Part shown: one piece after another, positions 29,728 through 39,254 of the stretch
How the letters are laid out: every line of letters starts with the position of its first letter
Position numbering within the stretch: position 1 is the stretch's first letter
Source of the DNA: Promethearchaeota archaeon
GTDB lineage: Archaea; Asgardarchaeota; Lokiarchaeia; Sigyniarchaeales; SOKP01
Length of the DNA: 64,000 bases
Direction: 5' to 3'
NCBI GenBank assembly: GCA_048937405.1
Contig: JBHLNF010000006.1
Coordinates: 1 to 64,000, forward strand
Made by a program: the position numbers and the translations under genes
The notes under the pieces: generated by a model
The model's database searches: none
Seen by the model: only the letters and a program-made list of their open reading frames with translations
Told to the model about the DNA's origin: nothing

Positions 29728-30282
29728 TTACTCTTTCTGTAACACTTTTTTTCTAAAAATTATAAGGATTATAGTAAATGTTGAAAATCCTATAATAATA
29801 AAAACAAACGAATAACTAATTATTGATTGAGAATTACTTTGACCATTTTCCATAGGACACACTTCATATCCGGAAGCAATCCATTCAGTAATACCGCCAT
29901 TCATGTTATATATTTTTGTAAATCCATTATTAACAAGTATTTGACTGGCCGATGCGCTTCTTCCACCAGTCCCACAATATACTATTATTTCTGTATTGCT
30001 ATATGATTCTAATTCGTCAATTCTCGATTCAAGTTCTGAAACTGGGATCAATGTTGCATTACAAATATGATTAAAATCATATTCTGATTGATCTCTTACA
30101 TCTAAAACCAATAAATTTGGATATAAAGCGCTATTGTTTATCATATCATATGCCTCATGAACAGAGATATTTGTTACTGCCTGTGCTTTTACTGTTTTTA
30201 TAGAGTTTTGAAAACTTATTGGAATAAAAATTATTATTAATAAAATAAAAATCTTGGAAATACTTTTTCTAATAGAATTCAT
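29728..30282 (-). CDS. Secreted, membrane-anchored rhodanese-domain protein
   Basis: Signal peptide; LDVR..EY..HI..A; YCGTGGRS active loop; GGITEW; C-terminal TM with basic tail. Confidence 0.88.
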   Translation of the reverse strand: MNSIRKSISKIFILLIIIFIPISFQNSIKTVKAQAVTNISVHEAYDMINNSALYPNLLVLDVRDQSEYDFNHICNATLIPVSELESRIDELESYSNTEIIVYCGTGGRSASASQILVNNGFTKIYNMNGGITEWIASGYEVCPMENGQSNSQSIISYSFVFIIIGFSTFTIILIIFRKKVLQKE

Positions 30283-30313
30283 GATTAATAAAATTATAAA
30301 TTTCTAAGTTTGG

Positions 30314-31060
30314 TTATTTAGCTTTTCCTTGTGATGCAACAGCTTCAATTGCTTGTGCTATTTCTTCAGCATCACCAAGATAATAATGAGTAATTGGCTT
30401 AACATCTTCATCTAATTCATATATTAAAGGTACCCCAGTAGGAATATTTAACTTAACAACTTCTTTATCAGGCATATTATCAAGATATTTAACAAGTGCT
30501 CGTAAACTATTTCCATGTGCTGAGATCAAAACTCTTTTACCAGATTTTATAGTTGGAGTAATTTCATCATGCCAATAGGGTAATACTCGCTCAACTGTAT
30601 CTTTTAAGCATTCAGACAGTGGAATCTCATCTGCTTTTAAATCTGCATATTTTCTTTCATTTCCAGGATATCTTGGATCACTTGTTTTAAGTGCTGGAGG
30701 AGGTGTATCATAGCTTCTTCTCCAAACAAGTACTTGTTCTTCTCCAACTTCTTTCGCCATTTCAGACTTGGAATAACCTTGTAAAGCCCCATAATGCCTT
30801 TCGTTTAATCTCCATGAGCGATAAACAGGAATCCACATTAAATCCATCTTATCTAAAACAATCCAGAGAGTTTTGATTCCCCTTCTTAATACAGAGGTAT
30901 AAGCAATATCAAAGGTATATCCTCCTTCCTTTAGTAATTTTGCAGCTTCATTCGCTTCTTGGATTCCTTTTTCTGAGAGATCAACATCCGTCCATCCTGT
31001 GAACTTATTCTCCTTATTCCAAGTACTTTCTCCATGTCTTAAAAGTACTAATTTATACAT
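30314..31060 (-). CDS. gpmA: 2,3-bisphosphoglycerate-dependent phosphoglycerate mutase
   Basis: [46 protein letters not shown]. Confidence 0.97.
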   Translation of the reverse strand: MYKLVLLRHGESTWNKENKFTGWTDVDLSEKGIQEANEAAKLLKEGGYTFDIAYTSVLRRGIKTLWIVLDKMDLMWIPVYRSWRLNERHYGALQGYSKSEMAKEVGEEQVLVWRRSYDTPPPALKTSDPRYPGNERKYADLKADEIPLSECLKDTVERVLPYWHDEITPTIKSGKRVLISAHGNSLRALVKYLDNMPDKEVVKLNIPTGVPLIYELDEDVKPITHYYLGDAEEIAQAIEAVASQGKAK

Positions 31061-31192
31061 TTTAAATCATATTCTTAAATTTTAATTCTATTGTTATTAT
31101 ATTATTTCAAAACTAAATATTTATCTCTTTTCTATTGACCTTTAATGTGAAAAGATTTTCATTTTAAAAGTAAATTTTTTTCAAAGATATGT

Positions 31193-32080
31193 TTATTTCT
31201 TATGATTTGAGAATTGATTTATATCAAATGGAATTCTTTCACCTTTATCGACCAATCTTCTCATTGGGATTTTCTTGCTTTCTTCAATCACTTTTTGAGT
31301 TGATTGATATTTACGAGCAGGATAACCTATATATATCCAATCAGGATCCAATATTTGGTTAATATGTGTAACAGTCCATACACCAAGAGTTGCTCCTTTT
31401 CCTATTATTGACCCAGGTGAAACAATCGAATTTGCTCCTAATACAACATGATCACCAATAATAACTTTTTTAATTAAAAGATAATCCTCCTTATCTATTC
31501 TTAAAACAATACTTGATAAAATTTGAGCTCCTTGCCCTATCATTATATTATTACCATATTCAATGAATTCTACATCACTCCAACCATCAAACATAGTACT
31601 TTTTAAATCTGCCTTAACATCACACATTTTAAAAGCGACATTACTTACCCAAGGAAAACAAAAATTATTCCATATCCAAAAAATATATTTCTTTATAGTA
31701 TTTCTCAAACAAAAAAAAGCATAATCTCTATTCTTTCGATTAATTCTGAAGATTCCTTCACATGGTTCATGTACTAACTTTAATAAAATTAAAAATAATT
31801 TACCCAAAAGGAGACTAATGAGAAGATAAGAACCCCACCATGCTAATACATCAATAAAGATTAAAAATATCCTCCAATGAAAGAAATTAGAGTCCATAGC
31901 ATTATTGAAAAAAGACATTACCATTACGGTAGGCATTATAAGTGAAAGGATGTGTAATACTAAATAAAGGATATTTGAAGTAAAAGACCATCTAAATCCA
32001 TTAGTGGTAATGGGAATTTTTGTAATATCAATTATCTTTTCTTTTTCATCAAAATTTTTTCCTTGCCCACTATTCGTTAA
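31193..32080 (-). CDS. Membrane protein with a left-handed beta-helix (acyltransferase-like) domain
   Basis: Hexapeptide repeats (IGDHVVLGANSIVSPGSIIGKGATLG); frame open back to 32080 but the first ATG is at 31936. Confidence 0.75.
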   Translation of the reverse strand, partial: LTNSGQGKNFDEKEKIIDITKIPITTNGFRWSFTSNILYLVLHILSLIMPTVMVMSFFNNAMDSNFFHWRIFLIFIDVLAWWGSYLLISLLLGKLFLILLKLVHEPCEGIFRINRKNRDYAFFCLRNTIKKYIFWIWNNFCFPWVSNVAFKMCDVKADLKSTMFDGWSDVEFIEYGNNIMIGQGAQILSSIVLRIDKEDYLLIKKVIIGDHVVLGANSIVSPGSIIGKGATLGVWTVTHINQILDPDWIYIGYPARKYQSTQKVIEESKKIPMRRLVDKGERIPFDINQFSNHKK

Positions 32081-33707
32081 TCATCCCTCCTGTGAATTTA
32101 TTTAGCTCATCTTGATTCAATTTTTTTGCGGGAAATCTTCCAAAAATTGAATCTTTTCCTAATTTATCGTACTTAATAGTAGAACACATAGGTAATACTG
32201 TTGAATTTTTTTCCATTTCTAATCCAGGCATACCACCATTTGATAGACTGAAAACACAATTGTCTCCTAAGCTAACTCCGAAAAAAGTAAGATTTTCTTC
32301 CCCATAAACTCCATCCACCAAATGATTGGAAATGTGTGAAAACGTCCCTATATAACAGTTTTTCCCAAAATCAATATGACTATGAAAAAAAGTTTCTTCA
32401 AATACTGTACCTCTTCCAACTTTATTTGAACCAAAGAATCTTAATTCCCAATTAACTAGCCAAGGAAAAGGTGAACGAACAAATGCAAAAATAGGATATT
32501 TAAATAAGAATGATAGGAAATGATAATAATCTAATGTTTTAGAGGATTCATCTAGATTTCGATCAAATATGCCATGAGTAGGTCCTCTCTTATCTGCCAT
32601 TTGATAAAACCACCTTGTAAACAAAGCTATAAAAAACAAATGGATTAAATAAAGACATATAAATATTAAAGGAGTCATAAGTAAAATTGTAATTATTGTA
32701 GGATTTAGAAGTAATTCTAAATTAAATGTTATTGAGAATAAATTTGGGATTAAGAATCCGAAAAGAAATAAAAAAAACAAAAAACCTGGTAAAATAAAAG
32801 AAAAACCAATGATGATCCAGCCAGTAATTACATAAAAGTGGAAAGGAACAGATAACTCTTTAGTGTGAGCTTTTAAATTCTCCATATTATATACTCTAAT
32901 TATTTCCTTATTAAAAATTTCCTCCTCGAATTGGTTTTTCTTTCCGTATAATTCTAGATTCTCTATTTTTTTAGCGGGAGATCCATGATAAATTGAATTG
33001 CGTTCCAATTTCTGATTAATTGTTGTTATAGAAATCGTATCTAGAATTGTATTAGATTCGACAACTGTTCCTGGCATAACTATTGCATGAGCGCCGATTA
33101 TTACATTATCACCTATAGATACCTTTTTAAGAATTAAATTTTCATTTATTATGATATTTGAAATAATAAAACTTCCTTGACCGACCTTTACATTTTTACC
33201 AAACTCAATAAATTCACAATCAATCCATCCTTTATTCAAAGAATTTGAAAAAGAAGTTCTCACTCCTAATATTTTTAGGACTAAGGTCTCAAGTAAGGGT
33301 AATGATAGTTTTCGTGCTAACCATATAGGCCATTTTCTTACAACTGCTCTTAGACTCCAATAACAATAGTCCTTATCATCACCATTTCTTAAGAAAATTC
33401 CCTCTTTAGGTTTATGTAATAGATTTATGAAGATTAAGAAAATCTTCGCGATTATTGTAGAGCTTAAGGTAATAATTATAAATCCTATAAATAAAACAAT
33501 CGGAAAAAATATATAAAACACCAAATTTAGAGATGTGAAAAATTGCCAAAAATACCATATCCATAATAAGAGTGGTTGAGCACTTAGTAATATTATTAGA
33601 AAATATATAATGAGATACTTCTTTTTCGCTAGAAAATTTGTAGTTCTGGGACCACCTAGAAAAGATGCAGGGCTTGAAATTTTAAAATCACTTTTTCTAC
33701 TCTTTAA
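32070..33707 (-). CDS. Membrane protein with two TM+LbH modules (acyltransferase-like)
   Basis: Hexapeptide repeats (IGDNVIIGAHAIVMPG; FGKNCYIG); frame open back to 33707 with an extra TM; first TTG at 33524. Confidence 0.75.
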   Translation of the reverse strand, partial: LKSRKSDFKISSPASFLGGPRTTNFLAKKKYLIIYFLIILLSAQPLLLWIWYFWQFFTSLNLVFYIFFPIVLFIGFIIITLSSTIIAKIFLIFINLLHKPKEGIFLRNGDDKDYCYWSLRAVVRKWPIWLARKLSLPLLETLVLKILGVRTSFSNSLNKGWIDCEFIEFGKNVKVGQGSFIISNIIINENLILKKVSIGDNVIIGAHAIVMPGTVVESNTILDTISITTINQKLERNSIYHGSPAKKIENLELYGKKNQFEEEIFNKEIIRVYNMENLKAHTKELSVPFHFYVITGWIIIGFSFILPGFLFFLFLFGFLIPNLFSITFNLELLLNPTIITILLMTPLIFICLYLIHLFFIALFTRWFYQMADKRGPTHGIFDRNLDESSKTLDYYHFLSFLFKYPIFAFVRSPFPWLVNWELRFFGSNKVGRGTVFEETFFHSHIDFGKNCYIGTFSHISNHLVDGVYGEENLTFFGVSLGDNCVFSLSNGGMPGLEMEKNSTVLPMCSTIKYDKLGKDSIFGRFPAKKLNQDELNKFTGGMINE

Positions 33708-33823
33708 TTAGGTAAAAATGTCAGTTTTATAGCAATTTAGGATTATATTAGTAGAATAATTATAATCGAATTATTTAATCTTATCTTTTTCATTGATTTA
33801 AAAAAAATTAAATTAAAAATATT

Positions 33824-34183
33824 CTACTCTTCGATAGTAAAATCTTTAATCATAGAAATTGCTTTATTGATATCTATAGTAATGGCGATTAGTTTTATTT
33901 CTTCTTCCTCTTCAAACTCAGGATCCATCATCACAAAATAGAATTTATTACCCTCTGTGTCATATCCGACTTCCATTTCACCACAATCTTCTGGAATTAT
34001 CTTGCCAATACTTTCTGGTGCATTTTCTTTTAAGATTTCATAGATTGCATCTTCAAGTTTTTTCTGATTTTCTCTGATTTTCTTAATATTTGAGAAATCA
34101 AACTGACCCATTGATTCTTGAGCTTTAGAGTTTAAATCATTCCATTCCTGGAACATTTCTTTCAAATTAGGTTGTGAAGCCAT
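33824..34183 (-). CDS. Hypothetical acidic protein
   Basis: Clean ORF with normal composition; no family recognised. Confidence 0.65.
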   Translation of the reverse strand: MASQPNLKEMFQEWNDLNSKAQESMGQFDFSNIKKIRENQKKLEDAIYEILKENAPESIGKIIPEDCGEMEVGYDTEGNKFYFVMMDPEFEEEEEIKLIAITIDINKAISMIKDFTIEE

Positions 34184-34292
34184 AAGAAATCAATAATATT
34201 AATCAAAATAAAACTTCGTATTTTCATAGAAATAAATTAAATTGAAGTAATCTAATATACCACAAAAATTAATAATAAAAAAGAGTGATATC

Positions 34293-34868
34293 ATGGATAT
34301 TAAACTTTCAGATCCAAAATTAAAAGGAATGAAAAGTCTTGAAGAATGTATATACGAACGGGAAAGTGTTAGAAATTATAAAAGTAAAGAAATTGAAATT
34401 GAAAAAGTTTCACAAATTTTATGGGCATCACAAGGGAAAAAGGGTCATAAAAGGACAGTCCCCTCTGCAGGAGCAACATTTCCTTTAGAAATTTATATTA
34501 ATCTGAAAGATAAGGGTTTTTATCATTATAATTTTGAAAAACATATTTTAGAATTAATCATAGATAATGATTTAAGTAAAAAACTCTCTGAAGCATCATG
34601 GAACCAAGATTTCATTTCTAAAGCATATCTCAATATAATAATTTGTGCTATTTTTGAAAGAACTACTCAAAGATATGGAGAAAGAGGAGTTAGATATGTT
34701 TTTATTGAAGTAGGTCACTGCGCTCAAAATATCCATTTAGAAGCTGTATCTCAAGGATTAAGCTCAGTTCCTATAGGTGCTTTTGATGATAATAAAGTAA
34801 AAGATGTGTTAAATCTAAAAAAGAAAATTGAACCGTTATATATAATTCCAATTGGGTATCCAATTTAA
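34293..34868 (+). CDS. SagB/ThcOx-type nitroreductase-family protein
   Basis: RESVRNY, RTVPSAGATFPLE, RYGERGVRY..EVGHCAQN, IGAFDD. Confidence 0.9.
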   Translation: MDIKLSDPKLKGMKSLEECIYERESVRNYKSKEIEIEKVSQILWASQGKKGHKRTVPSAGATFPLEIYINLKDKGFYHYNFEKHILELIIDNDLSKKLSEASWNQDFISKAYLNIIICAIFERTTQRYGERGVRYVFIEVGHCAQNIHLEAVSQGLSSVPIGAFDDNKVKDVLNLKKKIEPLYIIPIGYPI

Positions 34869-34881
34869 TATTATATCTTTA

Positions 34882-35427
34882 CTAATATGATTGGACATCA
34901 AATTCAGCTTTCTCTATTGAAAAAAACATAGCCTTAGATGATATTGCTAATATCTTTCTATGACCCAAATATTTCATACCTATTCTTTCAGCAACTCTCC
35001 CTGCTTTTGAGTTGGTGGGGTGAAGAAATATCATCAATCTTCTTAAATTTAATCTGGTAAAGGCAAATTCCAATAGTTTTTTCATAGCTTCAATTGCATA
35101 ACCATAACCCCTATATCTAGGAAGAAGTATATAGAATATTTCTGCATCCTCACCATTCTCTTGAATTATCAAACCACATGAACCAATTATCTCTTCTTCA
35201 AGTTTACTGCTAATAGCTAATGTAAGTAAAGGATGTTTAGAAGTATAAGAATCCAGAATCATTCGGAAAAGTATATTATTATTATTTTCAAGCTTAATGT
35301 TTAAAACATATTTTAAATTATTTGATACTTCCACATCTTCATAAATATTTGAAAATACTTCAAAATTATCTGGATTAAATTGTTTTAATCTGAGTCTCTT
35401 TGTCTCAAGTGTATTTGGAAGGTTCAT
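34882..35427 (-). CDS. GNAT acetyltransferase, RimJ/RimL type
   Basis: LETKRLRL, EIFYILLPRYRGYGYAIEA, N..A.RVAERIGM. Confidence 0.88.
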   Translation of the reverse strand: MNLPNTLETKRLRLKQFNPDNFEVFSNIYEDVEVSNNLKYVLNIKLENNNNILFRMILDSYTSKHPLLTLAISSKLEEEIIGSCGLIIQENGEDAEIFYILLPRYRGYGYAIEAMKKLLEFAFTRLNLRRLMIFLHPTNSKAGRVAERIGMKYLGHRKILAISSKAMFFSIEKAEFDVQSY

Positions 35428-35522
35428 GTTAAATTTGAATCTTGTAAATTTACATTATTAAGTTTAAAGCTTTTAATAATTTATATACTTTCAAATTATC
35501 TACATTTCTTAGAATATTTTTA

Positions 35523-36350
35523 ATGAGATATGACGAGAATTTAATAGAAAAAAGAATAAAAAATAATATTATATTTTATTCAATAACATTTTTAATTTTT
35601 TTATTTTGGTATTTTTATACAATTATAGATAACGTCTATCCACTTTTCTTGATTTGTTTTTTGATATCTATAATTATTGTAATAAAATACCTGGAAGAAA
35701 AGAAACATGGATTGACTTTACAGGAAAAATTATTATTTGTTTTATTGTTTTTTATTCCATTTTCGTTATTTACTAATATAATCTTGTTTTATAATACTTC
35801 ATTCAAATTTTTCATTCCATTTGACAACTTAATAGGAATAAGACATAATCATAATCTTAATCTTATCTTAGTTTATTTTACAATAATCTTTCTTAAATTA
35901 TTTGGAATCAAGATTTTTTTTTCCAAAAATAGAAGTATTCTTGAGCAAGGGAAAATTGATGATATATTTCAATTTTTTACAAAAAATTTGACTTATAAAA
36001 AAGTAATATTTTTATTAATTCTCTTTCCTTTAGTAGCATTAACCGAAGAATTAATTTATCGAAGTTTATTATTAAGTATTTTAATTTATTATCTTAATTG
36101 GGATTGTATTCTAAGTATAATTATAGTCTCAGTTATATTTGGTTCAGTTCATTATTCCACATCCAAGAATTGGAGTCATGTAATTTCTACATTCGTCTCA
36201 TCTATTATATATTCTCTTGCTTTAATTCAATTAGGTTTATTATATCCTTGGATTTTCCACTTAATGACAAATTTATCTGTGTTAGTTTTCTATTCTCATG
36301 AAAAAAAAAAGAATGCACCTCTGGAAGTATGTGAAAATAATATGAATTAA
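35523..36350 (+). CDS. CPBP (CAAX/Abi) intramembrane metalloprotease
   Basis: EELIYRS, FGSVH, H...N motifs; multi-TM. Confidence 0.85.
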   Translation: MRYDENLIEKRIKNNIIFYSITFLIFLFWYFYTIIDNVYPLFLICFLISIIIVIKYLEEKKHGLTLQEKLLFVLLFFIPFSLFTNIILFYNTSFKFFIPFDNLIGIRHNHNLNLILVYFTIIFLKLFGIKIFFSKNRSILEQGKIDDIFQFFTKNLTYKKVIFLLILFPLVALTEELIYRSLLLSILIYYLNWDCILSIIIVSVIFGSVHYSTSKNWSHVISTFVSSIIYSLALIQLGLLYPWIFHLMTNLSVLVFYSHEKKKNAPLEVCENNMN

Positions 36351-36407
36351 TTTAAAATACTCACCATGAATTTAATATTTTAATCATAGTTTTATATTAT
36401 TTTTTAA

Positions 36408-37223
36408 ATGAAAATCGAATTTCGAGAAGCTAAAAGCATAATTACAAAGAGTAATATTCCTTCCATCGATTATGTTATAAATCCTTATATCGGATGTCAA
36501 CATAGTTGTATCTATTGTTATGCTGAATTTATGATAAGGTTCACTGGTCATAAGGGTGATAAATGGGGACAATTTTTAGATATAAAAACCTATGACTTTA
36601 ATAAAATAAAACCAGAGAAGTATAATGGAAAACGATTACTTTTAAGCTCAGTAACAGATCCATATATCCCACTTGAATTAAAATATCAAAATACAAAAAG
36701 AATATTAGAAAAACTTGTTAGCACAACGGCTCATGTTTCAATATTAACAAAATCAAAATTTGCAGTAAGAGATATTGATTTATTTAAGAAATTTGATGAT
36801 TTGGAAGTAGGAATTTCGATTAGTACTCTAGATGATAATTTTGCAAAATTGATTGAAAAAGGTGCTTCAAGACCCATTGAAAGATTAAATACATTAAAAG
36901 AGATACATGAAAACGGAATAAAAACTTATACATTTATTTCCCCCTTTTTCCCAAAAATAACAGATTTTAAAGCTATTATTAATGAAACCGTGGATTATAC
37001 TGATTCATATATGTTTGAAAATTTGAATTTTAGACCTCATAATACTCCAAGAATTCTAAAAATTATCAAAAGTAATTATCCTGAACTCCTATCTCTTTAT
37101 CAAGAGTTTAGAAGGGATAATAGTCAGTGGGAAATAATAGAAGCTGAAATAGATACTTATTGTAAAAACCTGAATGTTGTTTACTCAATAGAATTTCATC
37201 ATGGAGGATTTTCAAAAAGTTAA
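36408..37223 (+). CDS. Radical SAM protein, SplB/Rv2578c-like
   Basis: INPYIGCQHSCIYCYA, SSVTDPY, ILTKS..RDIDL. Confidence 0.9.
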   Translation: MKIEFREAKSIITKSNIPSIDYVINPYIGCQHSCIYCYAEFMIRFTGHKGDKWGQFLDIKTYDFNKIKPEKYNGKRLLLSSVTDPYIPLELKYQNTKRILEKLVSTTAHVSILTKSKFAVRDIDLFKKFDDLEVGISISTLDDNFAKLIEKGASRPIERLNTLKEIHENGIKTYTFISPFFPKITDFKAIINETVDYTDSYMFENLNFRPHNTPRILKIIKSNYPELLSLYQEFRRDNSQWEIIEAEIDTYCKNLNVVYSIEFHHGGFSKS

Positions 37224-37327
37224 AAAAGCATTCTCAAATTAATTTTTTTAAAGAAAATTTATAAATCACATGCCAAGTAGCTTATTTCCTCATCAAGCTC
37301 CAAAATTATTACTTAAAATAAAACATC
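37062..37327 (+). repeat. Copy 1 of a ~266-bp diverged direct repeat (radical SAM 3' end + spacer + DUF4184 5' end)
   Basis: Collinear with 38306-38571 at a constant 1244-bp offset (stop 37223/38467; ATG 37270/38514). Confidence 0.92.
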
Positions 37328-37341
37328 AGTCCAACCAGTAA
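37270..37341 (+). pseudogene. Truncated 5' copy of the DUF4184 gene
   Basis: MPSSLFPHQAPKLLLKIKHQSNQ* versus intact MPSSIFSHQAPGLLLKIKYPK. Confidence 0.8.
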
Positions 37342-37559
37342 ACCTGTTTTCCTTATTTCAAGTACTCTCCCCATTTCTTAATAAAACTATTGTGTACATA
37401 ATATTTCATGATTTTATATTTTATTTCTCGCATTATTTGAATATTTTAATACTTCTTATATATCTCTTTACTTTTTTGAAGATGTTAAAAATTATATATA
37501 TGAAGAGTCTTATTATTATCTAACAAAATTATAACTATAATCCAAAAAAAAACACAAAA

Positions 37560-38258
37560 GTGTCAAATATGAGAAGAATAATAAAAATAACGTTCCTGTT
37601 AATATGTTCTACCTTATTCCTATTTCCTTTCATACCTAATGCCTTATGTATTACTACACAAGGAGATACTACATTTGGGGTAGATGAAGGTCAAGAATTA
37701 AGTTGGACCGTTACCGGAGGAATACCTGAGTATATAGGTTATAAATATAAGGTTACAATCGAAGATATTTATAATGGCTCTTATATGAGCATTGATTCTT
37801 TTATGATTGATGCTACTGTAAGCTCATACAATAAAACAGAAGATTCATGGACGACATTGATTAATGATGCCTTTTTTGTTGCTGCTAATGAAACTCAAAA
37901 TTTTATTGCATTTGAAAGCACCATAGCTACGGCAGGTTTATATTTTATCATCCCCTCTCCCATAAATTTAACTATGATTGGTGAATATGCTTTAGATTCA
38001 GGATACTATGCAAGTTATTTAATTAATGGAAATAAGCTCACCATTGAAGGCACATTTTTGGGTACACTCCATTTAACTTATAATTCTGATGGAATTCTAA
38101 CTAAAATGGAATCAGAATTTTTTGGTCAAATACTTTCGGTAATGACTTTAGGTGGTGGCGGAGGAGGAGGAGGTATTCCTTTTGGATATTCCTTCTTAAT
38201 TTATACCATAATAGCAATAATAGGATTAGTATATCTTAAAAAGAGAAATATTAAATAA
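37560..38258 (+). CDS. Secreted surface protein with a Gly linker and Loki-CTERM-like anchor
   Basis: Signal peptide; C-terminal GGGGGGGIPFGYSFLIYTIIAIIGLVYLKKRNIK. Confidence 0.8.
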   Translation: MSNMRRIIKITFLLICSTLFLFPFIPNALCITTQGDTTFGVDEGQELSWTVTGGIPEYIGYKYKVTIEDIYNGSYMSIDSFMIDATVSSYNKTEDSWTTLINDAFFVAANETQNFIAFESTIATAGLYFIIPSPINLTMIGEYALDSGYYASYLINGNKLTIEGTFLGTLHLTYNSDGILTKMESEFFGQILSVMTLGGGGGGGGIPFGYSFLIYTIIAIIGLVYLKKRNIK

Positions 38259-38305
38259 TTTTTTTTTATTTCTTTCTGTTATTTCATTATTCCATTTTAA
38301 AGTCT

Positions 38306-38571
38306 ATAATTAAAAATAATTATCCTAAACTTCTATCTACTTATCAGAAATTTAGGATGGATAATAGTTTATGGGAAATAATAGAGACTGAAATAGATGC
38401 TTACTGTAAAGACTTGAAACTTGTTTACTCGATAGAATTTCATCATGGAGAGTTTTCAAAAAGTTAAAAAAGCATTCTCAAATTCATTTTATTAAAGAGA
38501 ATTTATTAATCATATGCCAAGTAGCATATTTTCTCATCAAGCTCCAGGATTATTACTTAAAATAAAGTATC
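38306..38571 (+). repeat. Copy 2 of the ~266-bp repeat, containing an orphan radical SAM 3' end (38306-38467)
   Basis: IIKNNYPKLLSTYQKFRMDNSLWEIIETEIDAYCKDLKLVYSIEFHHGEFSKS* matches the C-terminus of 36408..37223. Confidence 0.92.
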
Positions 38572-39161
38572 CAAAAAAATTCGATGGAACTGCTTTATGC
38601 ATTAGTACTTTTGTTCCTGATATAGTTGTTGTAACTGACCCCTTTTTCTCAACTAACCTTAGAGCGATTACTCATAGTCTATTAGGATTAGTAATATATA
38701 CTATACCTTTGGCAGTTATATTAACAATAGTATTTTGTAAATATATAGGCCCCTTTTTAGCTAAGCTGGCCAAGAAAGATAGAATTCTTACTAAACCCAT
38801 GAAATATTTTGGAATTGATGAATGGGATTCCTTAAAAAAGAAAGAATATAATAGGAAATTCTTTATTGTCGCATCATATTCTGCTTTAATTGGAGGACTT
38901 ACTCATCTTTTACTTGATCTACCAGCCCATGTAACCATAGAATTATTTTTTCCACTAATATTACAATCACCTGATATATTATTATATTCTATAGTTGATT
39001 TTGGTCCTATTATAATAGGAGAAATGCAAATTGAACGTAATTTAACAGTTTTTCAACTTTTATGGATGGTTGAATCTATAATTGCTGGAATTATAGCTCT
39101 TTATCTTCTAAGATATATAAAAAAGCATGAGTTAATTTCAAAGTGGTATAACGAATCTTGA
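38514..39161 (+). CDS. DUF4184-family membrane protein (metal-dependent hydrolase-like)
   Basis: SHQAP, ALCISTFVPD, THS..G, SALIGGLTHLLLD..H. Confidence 0.8.
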   Translation: MPSSIFSHQAPGLLLKIKYPKKFDGTALCISTFVPDIVVVTDPFFSTNLRAITHSLLGLVIYTIPLAVILTIVFCKYIGPFLAKLAKKDRILTKPMKYFGIDEWDSLKKKEYNRKFFIVASYSALIGGLTHLLLDLPAHVTIELFFPLILQSPDILLYSIVDFGPIIIGEMQIERNLTVFQLLWMVESIIAGIIALYLLRYIKKHELISKWYNES

Positions 39162-39254
39162 GAAAAATAAGTTATCACAAGATAAAATTTATGACAAATT
39201 ATTATTATGTCTAATAAACCTTTAAAGTAATAAAAAAAATAACTAAAAAGAAAA

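Noticed and set aside
37062-38571. IS element or composite transposon
   Set aside because: The repeats are host gene ends, with no terminal inverted repeats and no transposase.
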